Below, piece after piece: positions 10,301 to 19,821 of a stretch of 64,000 nucleotides of DNA (within the stretch, counting starts at the first letter, position 1; the number at the start of each line of letters is the position of its first letter). The DNA comes from an uncultured Candidatus Binatia bacterium. GTDB lineage: Bacteria > Desulfobacterota > Binatia > Bin18. A program made the translations under genes and the position numbers. The notes beneath the pieces are model-generated. The model worked only from the letters and a program-made list of their open reading frames with translations. It made no database searches and was not told where the DNA came from. The stretch lies in assembly GCA_965203745.1 (NCBI GenBank), contig CBDBDK010000001.1, forward strand, positions 1,955,328-2,019,327. Direction: 5' to 3'.

Positions 10301-10786
10301 TTAATTGCTCGGTGTTGCCGCTGGTGCTTCGGCCTGCGGCTCTTCGCTTTCGGATACCGCTGGCGCTGCCGATTCTGAGGTGGCTTCCGCTCCGCGTTCC
10401 GTGTCCGCTCCTGCCTCGGTCTCGGTCAGCGGAGGGGCGACAGATTGAGCGTCTGAGACTTGGCCTTCCACTGTGTCAGCCGGGGGCATCCCGTCGGTTG
10501 CCTCTTGGGGGATCGTTGGGGCAGGAACGTCGTCGAACAAACTCTGCGAGGTTTGACGTGCGAGCCCATAGGTCATGACCAGCGAGGTCAACATAAAGAG
10601 GATGGCGATGCCGGTGGTCAGCTTTGTTAGAAAATTACCTGCTCCGGAACTGCCAAAGACGGTTTCACTCGATCCGCCGCCGAACACGGCTCCCATGTCA
10701 GCCCCTTTGCCGGTTTGTAAAAGCACGACCGCGATCAGAAAAATACAGGCGAAAACATGCAGACCAATCAGGGCTGTATACATCAT
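10301..10786 (-). CDS. secG: preprotein translocase subunit SecG (with acidic/Ala-rich C-terminal extension)
   Basis: N-terminal 75 aa match SecG (LLQTGKGADMGAVFGGGSSETVFGSSGAGNFLTK). The C-terminal ~85 aa are low-complexity E/A/T/S-rich. Confidence 0.8.
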   Translation of the reverse strand: MMYTALIGLHVFACIFLIAVVLLQTGKGADMGAVFGGGSSETVFGSSGAGNFLTKLTTGIAILFMLTSLVMTYGLARQTSQSLFDDVPAPTIPQEATDGMPPADTVEGQVSDAQSVAPPLTETEAGADTERGAEATSESAAPAVSESEEPQAEAPAATPSN

Positions 10787-10797
10787 GAGAGCACACC

Positions 10798-11559
10798 CTA
10801 CTCAAAATGAACGATACGGGCAAATGAGTCCGCTTGCAAGCTGGCCCCACCGACCAACGCGCCATCAATATCGGGCTGGGCCAACAGTCTATCGACGTTG
10901 TCCGGCTTGACGCTGCCGCCGTATACAATGCGGACCGTCGCAGCACTGGACTGACCGGCGAGTTCGACGAGCGTCTGCCGAATGGTCGCATGCACCTCCT
11001 GGGCCTGTTCCGGCGAAGCGGTCTTCCCTGTACCAATGGCCCAGATTGGCTCATAGGCCAGGACGAGGGTCGCAATGGCTTGAGCGGTCTGACCCGCCAG
11101 ACCGGCCCGAATCTGATGCGAGATCACGGTGAACATATCGCCGCGCTCGCGCTCGGCTAAGGTTTCTCCCACACACATGATGGGTGTCAGGCCGTCACGC
11201 TGGGCGGCTGTAACTTTTTGGGCGACCTGTTCGTCGGTTTCTCCATAATACTGGCGACGTTCCGAATGCCCGATAATAACGTACCGGCAGCCAACCGCCT
11301 TCAGCATCGGCCCGGACACCTCGCCGGTGAACGCGCCGTGCGTCTCTGCGTGGAGATTCTGGGCCGAGAGACGGATCGGGCTGCCGCGTAGCGCTCTAGC
11401 CGCGGTTTCCAAGGCGGTAAAGGGGGGAGCGACCACAACCTCCCGATCCGAGAGCGTTGCGGGCAGCTGCACGACTAGGGCTGAGAGCAGCTCAGCCGTC
11501 TCAGCCGGCGTTTTATGCATCTTCCAGTTGCCGGCAATAAGGGGTAGCCGCGTGGCCAT
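10798..11559 (-). CDS. tpiA: triosephosphate isomerase
   Basis: Motifs IAGNWKMHKT, AYEPIWAIGTGKTA, YGGSVKP. The start is set at MATRLP. The longer ORF to 11625 would overlap gap. Confidence 0.9.
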   Translation of the reverse strand: MATRLPLIAGNWKMHKTPAETAELLSALVVQLPATLSDREVVVAPPFTALETAARALRGSPIRLSAQNLHAETHGAFTGEVSGPMLKAVGCRYVIIGHSERRQYYGETDEQVAQKVTAAQRDGLTPIMCVGETLAERERGDMFTVISHQIRAGLAGQTAQAIATLVLAYEPIWAIGTGKTASPEQAQEVHATIRQTLVELAGQSSAATVRIVYGGSVKPDNVDRLLAQPDIDGALVGGASLQADSFARIVHFE

Positions 11560-11567
11560 GAGGTTGC

Positions 11568-12572
11568 CTAGAGTTGGTTCCCAATGAACAGGGTCATATC
11601 GCGCATACGATTGGAGAATCCCCACTCATTATCGTACCAGGAAAGGACTTTCACAAAATTGTCGTCCATCACCTTGGTGAGGGCCGCGTCAAAAATCGAC
11701 GAATGTGGATTTCCGTTGAAATCAACGGAGACCAACTCTTCCTCGCAATATTGTAATACACCCTTGAGCGGCCCTTCGGCTGCGGTGCGCATGGCAGCGT
11801 TGACTGCGTCTGCCGAGGCGGTTCTGCCGAGTTCAGCGACCAGATCGACGACCGAGACGTTCGCGGTTGGGACACGGACGGCCATACCATCGAGTTTCCC
11901 CTTGAGTTCCGGGAGCACCTCGCCCACGGCGCGGGCAGCACCGGTTGAGGTCGGAATCATCGACTGTGCCGCAGCTCGTGCTCTGCGAATGTCCGAGTGG
12001 GGCAGGTCCAGGATGCGCTGGTCGTTGGTATAGGCGTGGACGGTCGTCATCAGGCCATGCGTGATACCAAAAGATTCGTGCAGGACTTTGGCCACGGGGG
12101 AGAGACAATTGGTCGTACACGATGCATTCGAGATAATATGATGTGAGGTGGGGTCGTAATTCGTATGGTTGACACCATAGCAGACCGTAATGTCAGGATT
12201 TTTAGCGGGTGCAGAAATAATGACCTTTTTGGCGCCGGCCGATAGATGCAATGAAGCCTGCTCACGTGCGGTGAACAGGCCGGTTGATTCAAGAGCAATG
12301 TCGACACCAAGATTCCCCCAGGGCAGCTTACCTGGGTCACGCTCCTGAATGATCTCAATCCTTTTGCCATTGACCATCAAGGCGTTGTCTTCGGCAATAA
12401 TATCAGCGTCAAGCTGACCGTGGACAGAGTCATAGCGCAACAAATGTGCCAGGGTTTTGGCATCTGTGATGTCATTAATGGCAACAAACTCAAGTTTGGG
12501 TTCGTTGAGACTGGCACGAAAAACGTTGCGCCCAATACGGCCAAATCCATTGATTCCTACACGTATCGCCAT
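11568..12572 (-). CDS. gap: glyceraldehyde-3-phosphate dehydrogenase (type I)
   Basis: INGFGRIGR N-terminus. Active site SNASCTTNCL and other canonical GAPDH motifs. Confidence 0.92.
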   Translation of the reverse strand: MAIRVGINGFGRIGRNVFRASLNEPKLEFVAINDITDAKTLAHLLRYDSVHGQLDADIIAEDNALMVNGKRIEIIQERDPGKLPWGNLGVDIALESTGLFTAREQASLHLSAGAKKVIISAPAKNPDITVCYGVNHTNYDPTSHHIISNASCTTNCLSPVAKVLHESFGITHGLMTTVHAYTNDQRILDLPHSDIRRARAAAQSMIPTSTGAARAVGEVLPELKGKLDGMAVRVPTANVSVVDLVAELGRTASADAVNAAMRTAAEGPLKGVLQYCEEELVSVDFNGNPHSSIFDAALTKVMDDNFVKVLSWYDNEWGFSNRMRDMTLFIGNQL

Positions 12573-12875
12573 GGTCGCCTCTTTTGTATGGTAGTGACTT
12601 CGCCAAGTCTTCTTTCATACTTTCGCGCCCGGTGAAAGCCCATCATGTCAAAGTGGCTAACCCCAGGAAAACGATTGACTCGATTCCCCTCATATATTAG
12701 TCCTACCAATTAATGAGTATGATTTGAGGCTTCCCCGATCACGAGAGGAACCGAAGCCCCCAATATGTGCCAACCGATATGTGTGGAGGGTGGGTAGCGG
12801 ATTATGGATGGTTTTCTTGGGCGTTTTGCGATTCAAGCCGACGTTCCGCTTCGGCAGTCCTACAGCATTATCGAT

Positions 12876-13550
12876 ATGGTTATCGGCTCAGGGCCGGTGG
12901 TCCTGGCCGTCCTCTATATCCTCTTGGGTTTCTCCATCGTAAGCTGGGGCATCATGCTCTATAAATTCCGCCAACTGCGTCAAGCCAGGCGGGAGTCTGA
13001 GCGCTTTACTACGATATTTTGGGAGACCAAGAATCTCCCCGCTATCCACACTGCGGCCCTCGAAATGAAGGAGAGTCCACTCGCCCAGGTCTTTCGAGCG
13101 GGCTATCAAGAACTCATGCGGCTCACCCGGACGAGGAAGCCGCCCGAAGCGCCCGCCGAGCCCGTTCCGCTGACCATTCCGGAAGAAGGCGGGATTGATA
13201 ATATCGAGCGAGCTATGCGCCGGGCCGTGCGCGAGCAGGTGACCCGTTTGGAGCGCGCCCTGACTTTCCTGGCCACAACGGCTAGCACCGCGCCATTTAT
13301 TGGTCTCTTTGGAACAGTCTGGGGTATTATGAATGCCTTCCGGGGCTTGAGCCTGACTCGGACCTCGACCATTCAAGCCGTCGCGCCCGGCATTGCTGAG
13401 GCCCTGATTGCAACCGCGATCGGCCTTGCCGCTGCGATTCCATCGGTGATGGCGTATAATCACTTCAGTCGAAAGGTCCGCGTCCTTGCAACGGACATGG
13501 AGAATTTCTCGGCTGAATTCCTCAATATTGCCGAACGTCACTTTCTCTAA
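12876..13550 (+). CDS. tolQ: Tol-Pal system protein TolQ (MotA/TolQ/ExbB proton channel)
   Basis: Aligns with E. coli TolQ from MVIGSGPVVLAVLYILLGFSIVSW through FIGLFGTVWGIMNAF and VAPGIAEALIATAIGL. The upstream in-frame start at 12804 is possible. Confidence 0.8.
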   Translation: MVIGSGPVVLAVLYILLGFSIVSWGIMLYKFRQLRQARRESERFTTIFWETKNLPAIHTAALEMKESPLAQVFRAGYQELMRLTRTRKPPEAPAEPVPLTIPEEGGIDNIERAMRRAVREQVTRLERALTFLATTASTAPFIGLFGTVWGIMNAFRGLSLTRTSTIQAVAPGIAEALIATAIGLAAAIPSVMAYNHFSRKVRVLATDMENFSAEFLNIAERHFL

Positions 13551-13568
13551 ACGAAGGGATGCCAGACC

Positions 13569-14006
13569 ATGGCTTTTGAGCAGTACAATGAAGGCAGCAT
13601 CTCGCATATCAATGTGACTCCTTTCGTTGATGTGATGTTGGTCCTGTTGGTCATCTTTATGGTGACCGCGCCTATCCTGCAGCAAGGCGTCAACGTCGAG
13701 TTGCCCGCTGTAGAAGCCGGCCCTCTTGTCTCCGATACAGAGGAGCAGTTGGTTGTGGCGATAGATGGTGAGGGGCGTATCCACTTGAACGATGCTCCCC
13801 TCGATCTTGGCGCTTTAGGTGAAAAACTAACCGCAATTGTGAAGCTGCGGGCAGATCGGACCGTCTATCTCCGAGCAGATAAAGACGTGGCGTATGGCAG
13901 GGTTGTTGCGGTCATGGCGGCAATACGGGGCGCAGGTATAACCAAGCTGGGCATGGTGACCGAGCCACTGCCGGACTCGGACTCCACACAGCAAAACCAA
14001 GCCTGA
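13569..14006 (+). CDS. tolR: Tol-Pal system protein TolR (ExbD/TolR family)
   Basis: INVTPFVDVMLVLLVIFMVTAPI is a TolR/ExbD hallmark. 145 aa. Confidence 0.8.
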   Translation: MAFEQYNEGSISHINVTPFVDVMLVLLVIFMVTAPILQQGVNVELPAVEAGPLVSDTEEQLVVAIDGEGRIHLNDAPLDLGALGEKLTAIVKLRADRTVYLRADKDVAYGRVVAVMAAIRGAGITKLGMVTEPLPDSDSTQQNQA

Positions 14007-14009
14007 ACC

Positions 14010-14948
14010 GTGAGCGAAAAAAACCAAAAAAGGCCAAGCCCGCGTAAGGCATCGCCCAGCGTACCGCCCAAGGATAAGCGGCTCGGTCGGATGGTAATGC
14101 TTTCCGGGCTGCTCCACGCAGTGCTCCTCCTGGCCCTGGTCTCTGCGGCCGATCCTTCCCGCTCAAAGTCCCGGACGCCCCAGAGCTATACCGTCTCTCT
14201 GGTTGCTCCGGCTGCCTTGGAGCCCGCCCCCGCGCCTCCGCCCGTCCCCAAGCCGCAGCCGCCGAAGGTGGAGGCCGAGAAGCCAAAAGTCGGGACCAAG
14301 AAGCCGAAGGTCGAATCCAAGAAGCCAAAAGTCGAGACCAAGAAACCAAAAAGAGAAAAAGTAGAAAAGAAACCCAAGGTAGCCAAGCCTGAAGAGAAAA
14401 AGCCGGTGAACATAGCTGCGAAGAAGAAACCGCGGCCAAAAAAAGCGCCGGCTCAAAAACCCGAGCGAGCCAAAGAACCGCAGCCGCCCAAAGAGCCCGA
14501 GGAGCGAGGCCCGAGCGCCGAGGAGCGCGAGCAGCAGATCGTGGCGGCCCTGGAACGGGTCCGGCAGCGGCTGCAGGCCGAGACCCCTCCAAGTACGGCG
14601 TCCGTGGGGCAGGGCGGCGGTGATACGCTGCGCGGACTCCCCTTTATCCTCTACACCCAGGAGGTGAAGCAGCGGGTGAAGCAAAGTTGGATCGTCGCTG
14701 AGCCCAAGCCTGGTCTCACGGCAGTGGTGCGGTTTGGTATCCTGGCCAATGGCGAGGTTGTCGAGGTGGAGCTGGCCGAACGATCCGGTGATATTGTTTT
14801 CGATGAATCCGCAATGCGCGCAGTGAGAAAGGCCAGTCCGCTTTCTCCCCCACCAGAGGCCTACCGGAACGAATTTACCCGGCAAAAGGTTGAGGTAGTT
14901 TTTGGCGAGACGCAGCGCGTTCGGTCGCAGCAGGTTCGGGGCGAGTGA
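14010..14948 (+). CDS. TolA-like/TonB-family protein with Lys/Pro-rich repeat linker and TonB-C domain
   Basis: N-terminal TM helix, a KKPKVE-type repeat linker, and a C-terminal TonB_C-like domain (VRFGILANGEVVEVELAERSGDIVFDESAMRAVRKAS). Its position between tolR and tolB also fits. Confidence 0.65.
   Translation: MSEKNQKRPSPRKASPSVPPKDKRLGRMVMLSGLLHAVLLLALVSAADPSRSKSRTPQSYTVSLVAPAALEPAPAPPPVPKPQPPKVEAEKPKVGTKKPKVESKKPKVETKKPKREKVEKKPKVAKPEEKKPVNIAAKKKPRPKKAPAQKPERAKEPQPPKEPEERGPSAEEREQQIVAALERVRQRLQAETPPSTASVGQGGGDTLRGLPFILYTQEVKQRVKQSWIVAEPKPGLTAVVRFGILANGEVVEVELAERSGDIVFDESAMRAVRKASPLSPPPEAYRNEFTRQKVEVVFGETQRVRSQQVRGE
14278..14361 (+). repeat. four tandem 21-nt repeats (AAGAAGCCRAARGTCGARWCC) inside tolA-like linker
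   Basis: gagaagccaaaagtcgggacc / aagaagccgaaggtcgaatcc / aagaagccaaaagtcgagacc / aagaaaccaaaaagagaaaaa, encoding a KKPKVE(S/T) periodicity. Confidence 0.6.
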
Positions 14949-14949
14949 A

Positions 14950-16251
14950 ATGAGCCGGGGAAGACCGCCGCTGCGGATGACTCGACTGGGGGTGCTGCTG
15001 ACGGTCATTGCGGCACTTGTTGTCTTTGCTCCGCCGGCTCCTGCACAAATACGTATTGAAGTGCCAAAACCCGGCGGGGCGGGAGTTCCGATCGCCCTTT
15101 CGCCCCTGTCGAACCCGGACTCCCACGCCGAGCAGCAAATCGGGGAAACCTTTGCCCGTACTGTTGCCAGGGATCTCACCCTCTCCGGTCTTTTCCGTGT
15201 GCTCGACCGGCGCGCGTATATCGAGGGGCCGGAGGGGTTTGTGCTCGACCGTATTAATTTTCAAAACTGGTCTGTCCTGGACGCCTTGGCCCTGGTCAAA
15301 GGCGGTTTTTGGCTGAACGGGGAACGGTTGACGATCGAGGCGCGCCTGTTCGATGTGACCCAGCAAAAACAGCTTGGCGGTAAACGGTATCTCGGACACA
15401 AAAGGGACGTACGCCGTATGGCGCACCGCTTTGCCGACCAGATCATGCTCTTCCTGACCGGCGAAGAAGGGCCTTTTAATTCAAAGATCGCTTTCATCTC
15501 GAATCGTGTTGATGGACGGGTCAAGGAAGTCTATGTGACTGACCTGAGTGGAAGCGAAGTGCGCCGGGTCACGCAGGACAGGACGCTGAGCCTCGGACCG
15601 AGTTGGAGTCCAACCGGGGCAGAACTCTTGTTTATTTCGTACAAGCAGGGTGGCCCCCATTCGTTTAAGCTCGATTTGGCGACGGGACGGTCGGTGCGGC
15701 TCGACGCCCGTGTTGCCTATGGAGTAAGCTGGTCGCCGGACGGTACCCGTATCGCTGTCAGTCTCGATCAGAACGGCAATGCCGATATCTTCTTGCTCTC
15801 GTCCCAAGGTCGGTTAATTCGTCGTTTAACCCACCACAGTGGTATCGACATCTCGCCCGCCTGGTCGCCAGACGGGCGCCAACTGGCGTTTTGCTCGAGC
15901 CGGAGTGGCAGCCCCCAGATTTATGTGATGGACATCGAAGCCGGACAGCCCGAGCGCATTACGTTTCAGAGCGCCTATAATACTGATCCCGCCTGGTCGC
16001 CAAAAGGCGACCGGATCGCCTATACGTCCCGCTCAGGCGGATTTCGGGTGATGGCGATCGACCCGAACGGTGGAGAAGCCACGCATATCGTCCGTGGTGA
16101 GCACCCCTCGTGGTCGCCGGACGGGCGCTATCTTGCTGTGACGCGGCGAGGGCGACTCTATCTGGTGAGTCGAGACGGTCAGAGTATACAGCAATTGACC
16201 GGGGGAAGTGGAAATGATACTAGTCCAGCGTGGTCACCACGCCTTCCATAA
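14950..16251 (+). CDS. tolB: Tol-Pal system beta-propeller protein TolB
   Basis: Repeated SPDG/WSPDG beta-propeller blades. ATG lies 1 nt after the tolA-like stop. The signal peptide begins MSRGRPPLRMTRLGVLLTVIAAL. Confidence 0.85.
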   Translation: MSRGRPPLRMTRLGVLLTVIAALVVFAPPAPAQIRIEVPKPGGAGVPIALSPLSNPDSHAEQQIGETFARTVARDLTLSGLFRVLDRRAYIEGPEGFVLDRINFQNWSVLDALALVKGGFWLNGERLTIEARLFDVTQQKQLGGKRYLGHKRDVRRMAHRFADQIMLFLTGEEGPFNSKIAFISNRVDGRVKEVYVTDLSGSEVRRVTQDRTLSLGPSWSPTGAELLFISYKQGGPHSFKLDLATGRSVRLDARVAYGVSWSPDGTRIAVSLDQNGNADIFLLSSQGRLIRRLTHHSGIDISPAWSPDGRQLAFCSSRSGSPQIYVMDIEAGQPERITFQSAYNTDPAWSPKGDRIAYTSRSGGFRVMAIDPNGGEATHIVRGEHPSWSPDGRYLAVTRRGRLYLVSRDGQSIQQLTGGSGNDTSPAWSPRLP

Positions 16252-16282
16252 GCACGCGTGGGACGAGGAAAAATGGTGAAGA

Positions 16283-16813
16283 ATGCGTGACAATAAATTC
16301 TGTGGTGGGTGGCTGATCAGTGTCCTCCTGCTCTCTCTGGGCTTGATCGGATGTCCGAAACAATCTCCCCAGCCGATGACCTATGGTCCGAGTACGGGCT
16401 CTGGTGCGCCAAGGGTGGATGAAACTGGGATCGGAGAGGACGAACGCACCCGAGAGCGTGTCCAGCAGGACGGGAAGGGCGGCCCCTTACAAGACGTCTT
16501 CTTTAGCTATGACTCGTTTGAGTTGTCCGAAGAGGCGCGGCAAACCCTGCAAGCCAATACCGACTGGCTGCAAAACAATACCGAGGTCAAGGTAGAAATC
16601 GAGGGGCATTGTGATGAGCGGGGAACGGCAGAATATAATCTCGCCCTTGGCGCAAAACGGGCTCGTGCAGCGCAGGATTATCTCATTACGTTAGGAGTCC
16701 CTGCTGAGCGGCTCTCCGTCATTAGTTACGGGGAAGAACTGCCCCAGTGTACTGACGCGAATGAATCATGTTGGCAGCGAAATCGACGCGGCCATTTCTC
16801 AGTCCTACGCTAG
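16283..16813 (+). CDS. pal: peptidoglycan-associated lipoprotein Pal (OmpA family)
   Basis: Lipobox LIGC. OmpA-C domain (FFSYDSFELSEEARQTLQANTDWL...IEGHCDERGTAEYNLALGAKRA). Confidence 0.85.
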   Translation: MRDNKFCGGWLISVLLLSLGLIGCPKQSPQPMTYGPSTGSGAPRVDETGIGEDERTRERVQQDGKGGPLQDVFFSYDSFELSEEARQTLQANTDWLQNNTEVKVEIEGHCDERGTAEYNLALGAKRARAAQDYLITLGVPAERLSVISYGEELPQCTDANESCWQRNRRGHFSVLR

Positions 16814-16848
16814 GCAACGGGCGTCAGCTCTGGCTCTACACACGTGCT

Positions 16849-17682
16849 GTGAGAGCTAGCCGTTGGCTGCTATGCCCTGTGCTGTTGCTAGGCTTCTGGC
16901 TTGCTGGATGCGCAACCCAAGCGGACCTGCAACAGGTGCAGAGCGAACGCCGGGCAATACGCACCCAGGTCGCCAATACGGACGCCTCAATCGACAGCCT
17001 GGGCCGCAAGGTCCAGCAACTGCAAGGCAAGCTTGAAGAGTTCGAGCATAATCTGACCCGCCTCTCTAAACGGGAGGGTGAAACCGTCCCATCCCTGCGT
17101 AAAATCGAGCAGCGCTTAGGCGCTCTTGAGGAACGGTTAGTCGTTGCTGAAGGACAACTGCGCTTTGCCAGACGCAGCCCCGAGCCTGGATTGGATGAAC
17201 CTGTCGGACCAAGCACTCAGACGACGACTACCTCCTCTCTCCCTTTCCCTATTGGGCCGCCGGGAATTCCTCCTGCCTCCATCAGCCCCCCTTCGACGAC
17301 TGATACTCCAGAGTGTCAAGACCTCTATCGAGAAGCAGTCCGGCTCTTTCAAGACCAAAGGTATCATCCTGCGATTCAGGAATTCCGCACCTTTCAACGT
17401 CGTTGCCCTGAATCACAAATGGCGGATGATGCACAGTATTGGATTGGCGAGAGCCACTACGTCCAGAATGATTATAATCGAGCCATCCTTGAGTTTAATG
17501 ATGTGCTCTCATACCGACGAGGTGATCGCGTCGCCGCAGCCCTCCTGCGACAAGCCCAGGCATTTCTTGCGATTGGAGATAAGACTGACGCACGCCTGAT
17601 CCTTCAGAAGCTCGTCAGCGACCATCCGTCAGCCGCCCAAACGGTGGAAGCACAAGCCATGCTCCAGACGCTTGGACGTTAG
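16849..17682 (+). CDS. ybgF: Tol-Pal system protein YbgF/CpoB (coiled coil + TPR)
   Basis: Signal peptide, a coiled-coil stretch (LQQVQSERRAIRTQVANTDASIDSLGRKVQQLQGKLEE), then C-terminal TPRs (AQYWIGESHYVQNDYNRAILEF). The start is ambiguous: ATG 16768 (overlapping pal), TTG 16771, or GTG 16849. Confidence 0.65.
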   Translation: MRASRWLLCPVLLLGFWLAGCATQADLQQVQSERRAIRTQVANTDASIDSLGRKVQQLQGKLEEFEHNLTRLSKREGETVPSLRKIEQRLGALEERLVVAEGQLRFARRSPEPGLDEPVGPSTQTTTTSSLPFPIGPPGIPPASISPPSTTDTPECQDLYREAVRLFQDQRYHPAIQEFRTFQRRCPESQMADDAQYWIGESHYVQNDYNRAILEFNDVLSYRRGDRVAAALLRQAQAFLAIGDKTDARLILQKLVSDHPSAAQTVEAQAMLQTLGR

Positions 17683-17717
17683 CATACCCGCCCCTGGACT
17701 TCTTCGGGGCACTGAGT

Positions 17718-18656
17718 ATGAAAATTATCCGACACGCCTCGCGCCACTCGCCATTCTCCCATCCGGTCATCGGTCTCGGCAATTTCGATGGGGTACACCT
17801 AGGCCACCGGATGATTCTCTCTCGGCTTGTTGAGGAAGCCAGAGCGCGCCAGGGGACCGCTCTGGCGATGACATTCTACCCTCACCCCCTTTCCGTGTTG
17901 CGGCCCGGAAGTCCACTGCCGCTGATTCTCGGTTTACGTGAGAAGCTCCAGAGGATTGCTGAGTTGGGTGTCGATGGGATCGTGTTACAGCGCTTCGGGC
18001 TCGACTTTTCCCGGCTCGCCCCCGAAGCGTTTGTGCGTCAATATCTGCTCGACTCAATTGGTGTCGAAAAGATTTTGGTCGGGCATAATTTCAGTTTTGG
18101 TCGAAACCGGTCCGGTAATGCACGTCTGCTCAGCTCTCTGGGAAAACAGTGGGGATTTGAGGTGGAGGTCATAGGGTCGGTAACTGTGGGGCGGCAAGAG
18201 GTTAGCAGTACCGCGGTGCGCTCACTGCTCCAAGCTGGCAAACTGCACGAGGCAACCGAGCTGCTGGAGCAACCGTATGTGGTCAGCGGCCGGGTTGTTA
18301 AGGGATTTCAGCGCGGTCGGCAGATCGGATTCCCGACTGCGAATATCCGTCCGCGGACACCAGTCCTGTTGCCGAATGGAGTGTACGCGGTCCGGGCCCG
18401 TGTGGACGACGGGGAGTATAATGCCGTAGCAAATGTTGGGGTGAATCCCACTTTTGGCGAAAATCAGAGAACGGTTGAAACGAACCTTTTTGACTTCTCT
18501 GCCGACCTGTACGGAAAACGTCTCCGGGTAAGCTTTGTCAGGCATCTTCGAGCAGAGCGGAAGTTCTCGTCGGTCGAAGAACTCGTGCAGCAGATACGAG
18601 AGGATGCTGACCAGGCTCGGAGCGTCCTCTCCTCAACGGGAAATACTCCCTCGTGA
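17718..18656 (+). CDS. ribF: bifunctional riboflavin kinase/FMN adenylyltransferase
   Basis: N-terminal FAD synthetase motif IGLGNFDGVHLGH. C-terminal riboflavin-kinase region (GFPTANI, NLFDFSADLYG). Confidence 0.9.
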   Translation: MKIIRHASRHSPFSHPVIGLGNFDGVHLGHRMILSRLVEEARARQGTALAMTFYPHPLSVLRPGSPLPLILGLREKLQRIAELGVDGIVLQRFGLDFSRLAPEAFVRQYLLDSIGVEKILVGHNFSFGRNRSGNARLLSSLGKQWGFEVEVIGSVTVGRQEVSSTAVRSLLQAGKLHEATELLEQPYVVSGRVVKGFQRGRQIGFPTANIRPRTPVLLPNGVYAVRARVDDGEYNAVANVGVNPTFGENQRTVETNLFDFSADLYGKRLRVSFVRHLRAERKFSSVEELVQQIREDADQARSVLSSTGNTPS

Positions 18657-19588
18657 CAGTTCAACATCTTCAGATTCCGCTCACCCAGGTCGGTCAGCGT
18701 TTAGACTTGGTGGTTGCCTCTCTGGCGGAAATCAGTCGGTCCCAGGCAAAGCTGTTCATTAGACGTGGCCATGTTTTGGTAGACGGAACTCCCCAAAAGG
18801 CGAGCTATCCCGTCCGCAGCGGTGAAGTCATAGAAATCGCTCCCCCTCTTTCTCAACCAACGACCGCCACACCGGAAGATATTCCGCTCGATATCTTATA
18901 TGAAGATGACAGTCTGGCCGCGATTAACAAACCGCCCGGTATGGTTGTGCATCCTGCCCCCGGTCAGTGGCACGGGACGGTGGTGAACGCCTTGCTGGCA
19001 TACTGGGGATGGAATGTTGAAGAAGCATCGCTCCGTCCGGGGATCGTCCATAGACTTGATAAGGATACGTCCGGCGTCTTGCTCGTCGCCAAGAATCAGA
19101 CGGCGTTGGAAGCCCTCGCTGAACAGTTTAAATCGAGACAGGTGCGCAAAACCTATCGAGCTGTCGTGGTCGGATGCCTGCCACAGCGTAAAGGGGAGAT
19201 TGCTTTCCCTATAGGTCGGCATCCACAGGACCGGAAGAAAATGTCCATCCACGCACGGAAGAGCCGTACGGCGGTCAGTCGGTATGAAGTTCTGGAGTCG
19301 TGTCGGAGTGTTTCCCTTGTCCAACTCTTTCCCACGACTGGCCGGACCCACCAACTGCGGGTTCATCTCGCTGCGCTCAACCACCCCATTATTGGGGATG
19401 GTTTGTATGGGTCACGGCGTATGGAGAAAACACTACCCTCTGAGATTCGGCACTTTCCTCGTCAAGCATTGCACGCTCAGGCGATTGAGTTCCTGCACCC
19501 CGAAGACCATACAGTGGTAACAATTCAGGCGCCTTATCCTGCTGACTTTGCCGGACTCCTGCTGGAACTGTCCTCTGTCTGGGAGTGA
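18653..19588 (+). CDS. rluD: 23S rRNA pseudouridine synthase, RluA family (RluD-like, S4 domain)
   Basis: S4 N-terminus (RLDLVVASLAEISRSQAKLFIRRGHVLVDG). Catalytic HRLDKDTSGVLLVAKN motif. Confidence 0.8.
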   Translation: MTVQHLQIPLTQVGQRLDLVVASLAEISRSQAKLFIRRGHVLVDGTPQKASYPVRSGEVIEIAPPLSQPTTATPEDIPLDILYEDDSLAAINKPPGMVVHPAPGQWHGTVVNALLAYWGWNVEEASLRPGIVHRLDKDTSGVLLVAKNQTALEALAEQFKSRQVRKTYRAVVVGCLPQRKGEIAFPIGRHPQDRKKMSIHARKSRTAVSRYEVLESCRSVSLVQLFPTTGRTHQLRVHLAALNHPIIGDGLYGSRRMEKTLPSEIRHFPRQALHAQAIEFLHPEDHTVVTIQAPYPADFAGLLLELSSVWE

Positions 19589-19597
19589 GTCTTTTCG

Positions 19598-19626
19598 TTG
19601 ACAGGTTGGTGATGGTGTATTATATG
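19598..19626 (+). promoter_or_regulatory. candidate sigma70 promoter for rho (TTGACA -35; weak -10 TATATG/TATTAT) followed by ~195-nt C-rich/G-poor leader
   Basis: Perfect TTGACA at 19598-19603. The downstream leader 19627-19821 is C-rich, as expected for rut-dependent rho autoregulation. Confidence 0.3.
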
Positions 19627-19821
19627 GAAATGTCGCTCAGAGGATAAATCGTCCTCTGTAGATCACTCTGAAAAAGAATTTCTCACCGGTCATACCGCTA
19701 TTTCTTGATGGTTTTTCCCCTAACACGGGCAATAGGCGTCCGAGGCGGATATGCCTTGGCAATGCGTAATACCAAGGATACGTCCCTCCAGTTTACTACT
19801 GCAGACAAGTAGGAGGAAGAT

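Noticed and set aside
10798-11625. Longer tpiA start at 11625
   Set aside because: It would overlap gap by 57 nt and adds a non-conserved 22-aa leader. The internal MATRLPLIAGNWKMHK start matches TpiA N-termini.
12888-13784. 298-aa minus-strand ORF over tolQ/tolR; also 14163..15179 (338 aa), 23719..25059 (446 aa), 29220..29969, 43964..44806, 50127..50831, 50969..51943, 46671..47507, 58681..59295
   Set aside because: All are antisense to confidently identified genes (tolQR/tolA-tolB, uppS-cdsA, sucC, LLM, CoA-transferases, NERD-helicase). Their translations are Arg/Pro/Gly-rich without domains.
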